A stretch of 46,824 nt of DNA. Origin: a virus. Below, piece after piece: positions 8,466 to 16,000 of the stretch (the first letter of the stretch is position 1; every line of letters starts with the position of its first letter). Where the stretch lies: the IMG/VR virus record IMGVR_UViG_3300048582_000269, positions 1 to 46,824 of that record. The stretch is one strand, 5' to 3'. The notes under the pieces were generated by a model, which was not told where the DNA came from, made no database searches, and saw only the letters and a program-made list of their open reading frames with translations. The position numbers and the translations under genes are program-made.

Positions 8466-9287
8466 ATGTATACAAAAGTAAATTTAACTAAAGCAGCCGG
8501 GATAACTCCCGGTTCTGCTGCCCAAAAGAACCAAATAGTTCTTGTGGACGTGGAAGACATTGCTTCTTTTCCAGACAGTGATGCAAACGGTGTGAAATTG
8601 GTTGGAACTCCTGTTTTAAAGCCAGGAGGTAAATTCATCTCGATTTATTCAACTAAATCGAAAACTGAAGCTCCTTTTGAAACAGATGGAGACGAAGACA
8701 TGATGAACTTTGCAGCAAAATTTATTGCTCAACATCCTGGAAACCGATTAGAAGTAAAAGAGTTTGTTCAAAACTGGACAGGCAGAGACATAATCGTATT
8801 TCACAAGTCTTGTGCCGATGACTTTTGGGAAGTAATGGGAACACCTTGTGCTCCGTTACAATTAAAAGCTAGTAAGCAAGATAACAACGATGGTAGATTT
8901 TATAATCTAACTTTTGAGCCGTTTGCAAAATCAGGATTTGTGCCGAAACATTACGAAGGTGATATTTCATTTACTGAGCCTTTTGCAGTGGTTTCTGTGG
9001 CTGATGTTGATGTGACTCCAGCAAATGGAATTCAGTACAAATTGCCATCATTGGCAGTTACTGATGCAATTGAGTTTGGAGACATGACTGTTGAACACGG
9101 AACGATGATTAGTTTAATTGGTTCCGGCGGTGTTGCTCCTGCTACTTTGGTAGATGGAGTTTCGGGTTCTGCAACTGTTTTATTAAAAACAGGCATCACC
9201 TGGACTGCTTTGAACAACGCTGTAATTCATTTACAAGTTTTCAAAACAGCTGCCACAACTTACTTAATTGAAATGTCTAGAGGGTAG
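8466..9287 (+). CDS. Virion structural protein (head-associated or tail-tube-like), function unknown
   Basis: 273-aa ORF after the capsid gene and followed by a strong terminator. By eye its C-terminal segment resembles the C-terminus of the 719-aa protein. Confidence 0.5.
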   Translation: MYTKVNLTKAAGITPGSAAQKNQIVLVDVEDIASFPDSDANGVKLVGTPVLKPGGKFISIYSTKSKTEAPFETDGDEDMMNFAAKFIAQHPGNRLEVKEFVQNWTGRDIIVFHKSCADDFWEVMGTPCAPLQLKASKQDNNDGRFYNLTFEPFAKSGFVPKHYEGDISFTEPFAVVSVADVDVTPANGIQYKLPSLAVTDAIEFGDMTVEHGTMISLIGSGGVAPATLVDGVSGSATVLLKTGITWTALNNAVIHLQVFKTAATTYLIEMSRG

Positions 9288-9318
9288 TTTTTTTCATAAT
9301 TTTTGAGTTAGTTGAGTG

Positions 9319-9348
9319 AAACCTCCTGAGAAATCGGGAGGTTTTTTT
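9319..9348 (+). terminator. Rho-independent terminator after the head genes
   Basis: aaacctcc...ggaggttt stem followed by a run of 7 T. Confidence 0.8.
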
Positions 9349-9360
9349 ATGCAGTAAAAC

Positions 9361-9398
9361 CATGTCACACGAAACGATGAATGTAATTACCAATTTTG
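9361..9398 (+). promoter_or_regulatory. Late-promoter-like element, copy 4 (CATGTCAC-N22-CAATTTTG)
   Basis: AAAACCATGTCACACGAAAC motif. The octamer starts 30 nt downstream. GTAATTAC palindromes lie at 9383-9390 and 9407-9414. The first ATG is at 9430. Confidence 0.55.
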
Positions 9399-9429
9399 AC
9401 TGTCATGTAATTACTAAAACTATTTTAAA

Positions 9430-10281
9430 ATGAGTAAAAAATTAATAATCATTGCATTTCTGGCATCATTGCCCGAAAGCAAGTATGATCAGTTCAATCA
9501 GGCGTTTGCATTGTACCGAGAATCGGAAAACAAAAACCCCGGATTTGAAACGCGATTAAACCGAGTAGGTTTTTCCGAAGACGGTTTAAAAAACCTTTTG
9601 TATGATTTGCAGAAAATCAACGACATCACCGATTTGGAAGTTGCCAACTACAAAGCTCCGATAACCGAAGAAAAAGGTGTTGAAGTTGTAGAAAATGCTG
9701 AAGGAGAAACAAAAGCTCTTGCTGATGGTCCTGCAAAAGAAAATCCTAACGATGAAAAAGAAATGATTCATATCGAAACGGTTGACGAATCAAAACCTTT
9801 GCGAGAGGAATTCCCGTTCTTAAACAGCCCTGATTGTCCGCAATTGTTGTATGTAGTGGTTGGTAAAAAAATAGCTGCTTTCAAATCGTACCAGGAGAAG
9901 CACGAATTGCTTCAAAAAATTGGTTCAGGAGTGCTACAAGTTACCGAAGATGAGCAATTGGAAATCACTGCAGCAGCCGAGCGAGCTTTCAACGAAAACA
10001 GAGCTTTGTATGATGAATTGAATCATTATGCCACAACAGGCGAAATTTTAGGAAAGCATCCATTATTTCGTGAAACCGAAATAGCTAGAGAGGTTGAAGT
10101 AATGACTAATCAGGAAATGGTAAAGTTCAGAACGGCATCGGCTACCTTCTTCTCCAGAGCAAAAGGCGATTTGATCAAAGCCAAAGGCGACGAGAAGAAG
10201 ATAGCAGCTATTAACGATAAAGTTGCAGAACGCAAATACAAATTGGATTTGGTAAATGCAAAACTAGGTATCAGTGAATAG
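9430..10281 (+). CDS. Hypothetical acidic protein
   Basis: 283-aa ORF, first gene of the packaging unit. No motif recognised. Confidence 0.55.
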   Translation: MSKKLIIIAFLASLPESKYDQFNQAFALYRESENKNPGFETRLNRVGFSEDGLKNLLYDLQKINDITDLEVANYKAPITEEKGVEVVENAEGETKALADGPAKENPNDEKEMIHIETVDESKPLREEFPFLNSPDCPQLLYVVVGKKIAAFKSYQEKHELLQKIGSGVLQVTEDEQLEITAAAERAFNENRALYDELNHYATTGEILGKHPLFRETEIAREVEVMTNQEMVKFRTASATFFSRAKGDLIKAKGDEKKIAAINDKVAERKYKLDLVNAKLGISE

Positions 10282-10864
10282 ATTTTTCAATCCGAAAAAT
10301 GTACCACAAGAAGTAAAGGAAGAAAAACTCGCCGAGCAATGGACCTCAAAATACATTGCCAAGCATTTTCAGAAAGTCAGTTCGTTAGAGCAGGATTTAA
10401 TGAGAATACCAAGTGCGGATGAGTTTTTCTTCCTTCAATCAGATACCGCGTTTAACGCATTTACGTTCATTCCGTTTGTTGCAAAAGTGCATCCAATAAA
10501 ATCATTGTACGCTTCGACCTATTCCATCAGCAACAAAGTAATACAAGCATTGGTAGAACTGCACGATAAAGGAATGATAGAACGCATCACACTGTTAATT
10601 TCCGACAGTATGATCAAGCGGAACCCTCTTACGATTGAAAATTTAAAAGGAATGTGCAGCACTCGTCCAAATATACAAGTGTTGTATGCCTGGAGCCATG
10701 CAAAGGTTTGTTTGATGGAAACACACGATTTTCATTTTGTAGTAGAAGGTTCAGGAAATTGGGCAGAAAACGCACATTACGAACAATACTGTTTTGCCAA
10801 CAGCAAAGGATTGTTTGATTTCAGATTGCAATTGTTTACTAACTCAAAACTCAAAAAATATTAA
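10274..10864 (+). CDS. PLD-family (Nuc-like) HKD-motif protein, putative nuclease
   Basis: SHAKVCLME...VVEGSGNW resembles the HxK(x)4D(x)nGSxN signature. Glu replaces Asp and the spacer is 3 residues longer. Confidence 0.5.
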   Translation: MNRFFNPKNVPQEVKEEKLAEQWTSKYIAKHFQKVSSLEQDLMRIPSADEFFFLQSDTAFNAFTFIPFVAKVHPIKSLYASTYSISNKVIQALVELHDKGMIERITLLISDSMIKRNPLTIENLKGMCSTRPNIQVLYAWSHAKVCLMETHDFHFVVEGSGNWAENAHYEQYCFANSKGLFDFRLQLFTNSKLKKY

Positions 10865-11046
10865 TGAAACCCTACTTTCTATTTGTCGGAATCCTATCCA
10901 TTACTTTGGGTTTTATTATCGGAGTTGGAACGGAAAGCATGTTGCCGGAGCTTGTTCAGGTTCCTGTACTTGTAGCTTTCTGTTTATTGGTTTTCGGAAT
11001 GTATCATTTAATACTCGCCAAAAATGAGCCACCTAATCGAACTTAG
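10864..11046 (+). CDS. Small two-TMD membrane protein
   Basis: 60-aa hydrophobic ORF with ATGA-type coupling to the upstream stop. Confidence 0.4.
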   Translation: MKPYFLFVGILSITLGFIIGVGTESMLPELVQVPVLVAFCLLVFGMYHLILAKNEPPNRT

Positions 11047-11353
11047 ATTTTCAGACGAAGAAATTCAGACTATCATGGATTTGGGAGCGTGTAATTATGC
11101 TCCTTCACAAGTGGCTTTGCAATTGGATTGCAACAAAAAAGCTTTTTTAAAACTATGGAACGATATGGATTCGGACGTTCGGCAAGCCTATGAAGCCGGA
11201 CGATTGAAAGCGAACTTTGGCATTATGAACAAACAGCGAGAATTGGCCGAAAGTGGCAACATTACTGCAGCACAAATATTTTTAAAAGAAAGTAAGGAAA
11301 TTGAAATAGCGGCTATTCGCGATAGAATTTTATTTGGACACGATGTTGATTGA
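11024..11353 (+). CDS. Terminase small subunit-like HTH protein
   Basis: 109 aa with an HTH-like N-terminus and an AYEAGR...GNITAAQIFLKES segment typical of small terminases. Located two genes upstream of TerL. Confidence 0.45.
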   Translation: MSHLIELRFSDEEIQTIMDLGACNYAPSQVALQLDCNKKAFLKLWNDMDSDVRQAYEAGRLKANFGIMNKQRELAESGNITAAQIFLKESKEIEIAAIRDRILFGHDVD

Positions 11354-11972
11354 TAATGTAAACTTAGAAGACATTTACCGTTTCATGGAAACCGGTAACC
11401 CGGACAATGCTCCAGTTGAAATTGTGGCTTATTTGGAAGCTCTCACGCGAGTGCACGGAATGCTTTTAAGAATAGATAAGTTTGGAAGCAGAGAAGCCGT
11501 TATAAAGCACCTCGTGGTTTCAGACAAACTTTCTCGACTCAAAGCTTCGCAATTATGTAGCGAGGCGATTGAATATTTTTATGTAGATAAAGAAGTTTCT
11601 AAAAAAGCCTGGGCAAATTTTTACGCCAATATAGTTGACCAAGAAATTAACTTTCTCCGATTAACCAAAAAAGACGGTCAAGATTCTAAACGAGTAGCAG
11701 AGCTTGCAAAAATTGCAGCCGAAATGCGAGGAGTTTATAATGAAGACAAGGAGGAACTGCCGGCAGAACTCTTCCAAAAACCGGTTGTTATTTACACGAC
11801 CGATATTTCCGATTTAGGTTTGCCAAAAGTAGACCGAAACCGAATTAAAGAAATGATTGATACCAAGTTTGGCCAATTGACTGAAAAAGAACGCCAACGA
11901 CTGTATCAAGAAGCCGACGTAATCCCATTTAAAGCACTACCGAATGAGCAAGAGGACCCGCGTAAATCTTGA
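11334..11972 (+). CDS. Hypothetical protein (packaging module)
   Basis: 212-aa ORF that overlaps both neighbours. Confidence 0.55.
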   Translation: MDTMLIDNVNLEDIYRFMETGNPDNAPVEIVAYLEALTRVHGMLLRIDKFGSREAVIKHLVVSDKLSRLKASQLCSEAIEYFYVDKEVSKKAWANFYANIVDQEINFLRLTKKDGQDSKRVAELAKIAAEMRGVYNEDKEELPAELFQKPVVIYTTDISDLGLPKVDRNRIKEMIDTKFGQLTEKERQRLYQEADVIPFKALPNEQEDPRKS

Positions 11973-13650
11973 TGATAAAGATGTCGATTTGCGATTTGCT
12001 ACGAAGGCAAAAGTGCTAATTGATTTGATTGCTCCACAAAATCTATTCTTCATTGGAGGTAGAGCTACCGCAAAAACATCGGATATCATTGCCGAGCGTT
12101 CCAAAGCAATTATATACGATATGCCTCGTAGTTATCAATTATTTGTTTCTGATACGTATCAAAACGCATTGACCAACGTTCTACCTGCACTAATTGAAGG
12201 ATGGGAACGAAAAGGATGGCGAGAAGGTATTCACTTTGTCACAGATAAGCGTCCGAACTACGGGAAAAACTTTATCATGCCTTATAAACCTGCAATTAGC
12301 TTCAAACATACCATTTCAGTATTTAACGGAACATTTTTCAATTTAGGTTCGCTTGATCAACCATCAGGTTTGGCAGGTTCTTCGTATCAACACAGATACG
12401 GTGACGAAGCCCGATTATTGAAAAAGAAAAAACTAGACCGTTCCTCCCCTGCTTTGCGTGGTGAGTTTGCGAGCTTTGGTCACTCGGTGTACTACATGGG
12501 GAATACATTTACTACCGATATGCCCAATCTAACGCTTGGTGATGACGATTGGATTTTGAATATGGAGAAGGAAATGGATTTGGAGCAAATAGAATTGGCT
12601 TTGCAAGCGGCACTCGTTTTGAATGACATTAAAAGAGAAATGATTGCCAACGAACAAGCGGGAATCATCAGCGAACGAGCACGTTTGGAAAAAGCCTACC
12701 GAAGCTGGAACGAGATTTGGATAAGAGCTCGCAAAGATTCCACTTTCTTTTATGCAGTTTCATCGTTGGTCAATTTAGATATATTGACGGACGGTTATTT
12801 CAAATCGGTTTTAAAAGCTTTGGGACCGGAAGAATTTAAAACGGCTATTCTTTCGTTTAAAATTCAAATTTCTAAAGGCGAAAAGTTTTATTATAACTTG
12901 AGCGATCATCATTATTTTGAAGATGGAGTAGATAATTCCTATTTTGATAGGTTTTCATTGCGTGACGATATTGTTCCCAGTTCGTTATCCTTACGCTACA
13001 TTGATCATAATGCAAAGTTAGAATGTGGTGTTGATTTTGGAGATATGTGTTCGATGGTTGTGGGACAACAGCGAGGCGTTAACTTATACGCATTGAAGGA
13101 GTTTTTTACATTAGCTCCCGAAAATCAGATACATTTAGGATTGAAATTCAGAGAATTTTTCAAGGATCATAAACACAAAGTTCTCGACATGTATTATGAC
13201 CGTTCCGGAAATCAAAATTCTAAAACCAAACGCGATTGGGCATCAGCCATCAAAGAAGCGATAGAATTTCATCACGGCAAGAGCACAGGATGGGTAGTAA
13301 ATTTAATGAGTCAGAATCAAGCCACCATCCTTCAGGAAGAAGAATATAATTTTGCGGGGAAATTGATGTCGGGAAATGTTCCGGGATTGCCACATTTAAA
13401 AATCGACCGTTTTCGTTGCAAACATTTGAAATCGTCGTTGGAGCTTACCAAAACCTTAGTAAAAACAAACAGGCTTGGGTCTAGAACCATACACAAAGAT
13501 AAATCCTCCGAAAAGCTGCCGTTAGAATCACGACCGTTGTATTCAACGAATTTTAGTGATGCTTTTAAATATTGGATTTATCGAGCTTCATTCGTAGATA
13601 AGGCGAATCCTTATTCGGCTTATCAAGGATATGACCCTGGAGTGATATAG
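11944..13650 (+). CDS. terL: Terminase large subunit
   Basis: 568 aa with a deviant Walker A (FIGGRATAKTS) and a Walker B-like YGDEARLL. Size and two-domain layout are typical of TerL. Confidence 0.85.
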   Translation: MSKRTRVNLDDKDVDLRFATKAKVLIDLIAPQNLFFIGGRATAKTSDIIAERSKAIIYDMPRSYQLFVSDTYQNALTNVLPALIEGWERKGWREGIHFVTDKRPNYGKNFIMPYKPAISFKHTISVFNGTFFNLGSLDQPSGLAGSSYQHRYGDEARLLKKKKLDRSSPALRGEFASFGHSVYYMGNTFTTDMPNLTLGDDDWILNMEKEMDLEQIELALQAALVLNDIKREMIANEQAGIISERARLEKAYRSWNEIWIRARKDSTFFYAVSSLVNLDILTDGYFKSVLKALGPEEFKTAILSFKIQISKGEKFYYNLSDHHYFEDGVDNSYFDRFSLRDDIVPSSLSLRYIDHNAKLECGVDFGDMCSMVVGQQRGVNLYALKEFFTLAPENQIHLGLKFREFFKDHKHKVLDMYYDRSGNQNSKTKRDWASAIKEAIEFHHGKSTGWVVNLMSQNQATILQEEEYNFAGKLMSGNVPGLPHLKIDRFRCKHLKSSLELTKTLVKTNRLGSRTIHKDKSSEKLPLESRPLYSTNFSDAFKYWIYRASFVDKANPYSAYQGYDPGVI

Positions 13651-13668
13651 AAAAATAAAACAGACGTA

Positions 13669-13716
13669 CGCCCGTCAGGGCGAAAAAATTTTTATACCCC
13701 TCAATTCGAGGGGTAT
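13669..13716. terminator. Convergent terminator region (two hairpins flanked by A6/T5 runs)
   Basis: Hairpins cgccc-gtca-gggcg and tacccctc-aatt-gaggggta lie between TerL (+) and the 13701-14357 gene (-). The second overlaps the - strand stop codon. Confidence 0.55.
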
Positions 13717-14357
13717 TTCATTATGATGTGCGGAGTTTTTACTTTCCAAAATTGATGATTGATATAAAACGAGAATCGTATATCGGTCATTCGTATAGTG
13801 TCCATACAGTGAACCTCTGACTTAATTTCGTGCATGGCTAAGTTTACTGCGGTCATTTTTGCACACATTGGGTCAAGGTCCTGACACACATAATAATTTC
13901 CTTTGGTGGAATTGTTAAAAGCGAGAACCATTCGACCACTGCCGGAACAGGGTTCATTTATATTCTTTCCCCATTGCCCATCATCAATCATTTTTGCCAT
14001 CATGTCGCAAAGTGCAGGAGGTGTAAAAAACTGTCCTAATGCGGATTTCTTAGATTTAGAAGAAAGAAATTCGTAAAAATCGCCTAGAGGGTCAACCCAG
14101 CGATTTTTTGTTTTGGCTTCGGAATAAATGTTTAAGAGCTCGCCCATCATTTGGGCAAATATATCGAGTTCATCTCGCTTATATTTTTTTATCGTCTGCA
14201 GATAAAGTTCTTCATTTGTTCCGAAGCCAAAACAGCAGATTGTTACTGTTAACAAGTCATCAAATACGGTTATATAATCGTATTTGATACCTAATTTTTG
14301 AAATAGGGAGTCAAATTTCTTTAACTCCCTATTGATGGTTACTGCATCGTTTTTCAT
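13701..14357 (-). CDS. N6-adenine DNA methyltransferase-like protein truncated before catalytic motif IV
   Basis: GQFFTPP (motif X), NEPCSGSGRM (motif I), CQDLDP (motif II) and AVNLAMH (motif III) are present. No (D/N/S)PP(Y/F/W) motif occurs before the stop at 218 aa. Confidence 0.7.
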   Translation of the reverse strand: MKNDAVTINRELKKFDSLFQKLGIKYDYITVFDDLLTVTICCFGFGTNEELYLQTIKKYKRDELDIFAQMMGELLNIYSEAKTKNRWVDPLGDFYEFLSSKSKKSALGQFFTPPALCDMMAKMIDDGQWGKNINEPCSGSGRMVLAFNNSTKGNYYVCQDLDPMCAKMTAVNLAMHEIKSEVHCMDTIRMTDIRFSFYINHQFWKVKTPHIIMKYPSN

Positions 14358-14689
14358 CGCTTTTCAACCTGAGCATTAGAAAATAAATAGCAAAGCGGGT
14401 AAAAGTCGTCTTCCTCCTCTTCTGCGTTGGTTGGTTCTGCGGTTTGTTTGGCTTTTGGTCTTCCCCAAACTAAAAAAGATTGTGAACCTTTTAAAACCTT
14501 GTATCCTTCTGCGTTCCATTGGTGCAGGGTTTTAAATTCTTGGTTTGCTTCATCTGTGTAAAACTCACTAACTAAAACTTCGTTAACGGTCATTCCGTCG
14601 CAATCTGCTGAAATTCTCATTTTTGCAATTTTCGAGAGTTCTCTCAATGCTTTGCGTCTTTCCTTGTGTTTCTCTTGGTTCTCTGTCAT
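14354..14689 (-). CDS. ArdC N-terminal (DUF1738)-like small protein
   Basis: FKTLHQWNAEGYKVLKGSQSFLVWG...FYPLCYLFSNAQV parallels the ArdC-N pattern T.xQ...G..VrKGe...v.W...f..y.VFN..Q. It overlaps the methylase-like gene by 4 nt. Confidence 0.5.
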   Translation of the reverse strand: MTENQEKHKERRKALRELSKIAKMRISADCDGMTVNEVLVSEFYTDEANQEFKTLHQWNAEGYKVLKGSQSFLVWGRPKAKQTAEPTNAEEEEDDFYPLCYLFSNAQVEKR

Positions 14690-14699
14690 GGCTTATAAA

Positions 14700-14885
14700 T
14701 TAGAGTGATAAAATTATTTTTCCGTGTTCAACTTGTACGTTAAGAGTTTGACCGATGTCAAAACCCGCTTTTGCTATCCAGTCGCCCGAAAGGGTTATTT
14801 TTGGCTTGTGGCTTGTCTTAAATTGTGCCTTTGCAAAAATGTAAGACACACGAACGGAGCGATTTTTTTTAATAAACGTACTCAT
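14700..14885 (-). CDS. symE: SymE-family (AbrB/SpoVT-fold) toxin-like protein
   Basis: RSVRVSY...KPKITLSGDWIAKAGFDIGQTLNVQVEHGKIILSL parallels E. coli SymE RQLTVSY...[33 protein letters not shown]. Start chosen at the internal Met. The ORF track extends it to 14987. Confidence 0.75.
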   Translation of the reverse strand: MSTFIKKNRSVRVSYIFAKAQFKTSHKPKITLSGDWIAKAGFDIGQTLNVQVEHGKIILSL

Positions 14886-15090
14886 CGAAATCGCTTTTAG
14901 TGTTGGTTTCTTGAATGAATAACTCTGCAATTGTATGGGCTTTGTTAAATGCCGATTTGGCAAGGCTTTTAAAGTATTGGTAATCATCCCAATTAAAAAG
15001 GAAAGAATAACCTTTTTCGGTTAAAATTTGTCTAACCTGATATGATAATAAATTTGTATTTTTACGGCTGATATTCGTCTGTGTGTTCAT
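14869..15090 (-). CDS. Hypothetical protein overlapping the SymE-like gene start
   Basis: 73-aa ORF whose stop overlaps the SymE-like start by 17 nt. Confidence 0.5.
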   Translation of the reverse strand: MNTQTNISRKNTNLLSYQVRQILTEKGYSFLFNWDDYQYFKSLAKSAFNKAHTIAELFIQETNTKSDFDEYVY

Positions 15091-15110
15091 GGCGGATAAA
15101 ATTTAAGTGT

Positions 15111-15140
15111 AACCCCTACCCTCGACAGTAGGGGTTTTTT
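15111..15140 (+). terminator. Strong hairpin with a T6 tail on the + strand, inside the leftward island
   Basis: aacccctac-cctcgaca-gtaggggtt followed by tttttt. The 9-bp stem lies between two - strand genes. Confidence 0.55.
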
Positions 15141-15146
15141 AATGGT

Positions 15147-15551
15147 TTAGATTTCAAAGGTTAAAACCTCGTTTTGTGCCTCGTTCAATAAAATTGAAAG
15201 TTCCTCTTTTGCGGCTTTTGTCAGTCTGTCAATTACGTTAGAATTTTGTACTTCAAAACTGAAACCCTGTGCATTTTTAAAAACGATTTTTGCGTTTGTT
15301 TTGTCGTTTCCTGCGTGGAAAGTTTTCAACTCGTTTTCTTTTTCCTTTAAAGCGTTGTAACGGGTTGAAAGTGCTTCAAACTGTTTCGCTCTGTTTATTC
15401 GCTCCTCTGCCGTTTTTATGGGTTCGGGTTTGAATTTCTCCATTACTTTCTCCAAAGATTCTTTTTTCTCGTCGATGGCGGTTTTCGTGGTCGTTGTGTT
15501 TGGTAACTCTTTTACCTCTTGCCTTTTTGGCGTGGATGTTTGTGTGTTCAT
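15147..15551 (-). CDS. Hypothetical coiled-coil protein, first gene of the leftward island
   Basis: 134 aa with a Thr/Lys-rich N-terminus and heptad-like charged helices. Confidence 0.55.
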   Translation of the reverse strand: MNTQTSTPKRQEVKELPNTTTTKTAIDEKKESLEKVMEKFKPEPIKTAEERINRAKQFEALSTRYNALKEKENELKTFHAGNDKTNAKIVFKNAQGFSFEVQNSNVIDRLTKAAKEELSILLNEAQNEVLTFEI

Positions 15552-15592
15552 TGTGATAATGATTTAAATTAATAATACTTAAAGATACAAAA

Positions 15593-15610
15593 TTCCGTAT
15601 ATATACGGAA
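15593..15610. promoter_or_regulatory. Perfect palindromic operator TTCCGTA-TATA-TACGGAA
   Basis: Lies 42 nt upstream of the leftward ATG at 15551 and overlaps a -7-like GAATTTTG on the - strand (15588-15595). A near-identical copy is at 20390-20407. Confidence 0.6.
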
Positions 15611-15737
15611 ATAATTAATACAAAAAATGATATTACAACCATCTTTTTTAATCAATTTATATTTATTCTAAATAGGGTAGAAATCACATAAAAACTTTTA
15701 AAAAATCCATCTTTAAAAAATCGAAAAAAAAATAAAG

Positions 15738-15905
15738 CAGTCAAAAACAACAATTTAACCCTCCTTTAAAGGGGGTTTAATTTTGTTTGTATTGACTGAA
15801 ACACCGCCCCGCTCGTTTCTGTTATTGTAATTACGAAAACCCCTGAAATTTGAGATATATGACCGTGAGAGGGCATCCCACCAATAGAGCGGGGTGGCAC
15901 ACCCC
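15738..15905. other. Structured non-coding element: a long AT-rich hairpin followed by a GC-rich stem-loop with an alternative 3' hairpin
   Basis: cagtcaa (15738-15744) pairs with ttgactg (15792-15798) around a tttaaa centre. ccgccccgctc (15804-15814) pairs with gagcggggtgg (15887-15897). Alternatively ggggtg (15891-15896) pairs with cacccc (15900-15905). Confidence 0.4.
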
Positions 15906-15944
15906 ACCATATTAATACTATTTACCTACTATTGATGTGTGTGT

Positions 15945-15982
15945 CATGTCACACCATTTGAGATTACATGTTGCTAAACTTG
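15945..15982 (+). promoter_or_regulatory. Late-promoter-like element, copy 5 (CATGTCAC-N22-TAAACTTG)
   Basis: The octamer starts 30 nt after the motif. The ATG at 16001 is 56 nt from the motif, matching the other copies. Confidence 0.5.
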
Positions 15983-16000
15983 TATCAAATTGGTAATTAC

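Noticed and set aside
15076-15551. Two island genes begin with the same MNTQT peptide (ATGAACACACA(G/A)AC at 15090 and 15551).
   Set aside because: Only ~14 nt are shared and the similarity does not extend further. This is probably coincidence or a favoured A-rich initiation context rather than a duplication.
15376-15642. An 88-aa - strand ORF in another frame over the start of 15147-15551. Also 10794-11027 (+), and the long N-terminal extensions of 14700-14987, 18566-19036 and 34810-35073.
   Set aside because: These are alternative frames or extensions that run through operators, terminator hairpins or upstream genes. Shorter starts with start/stop coupling fit better.
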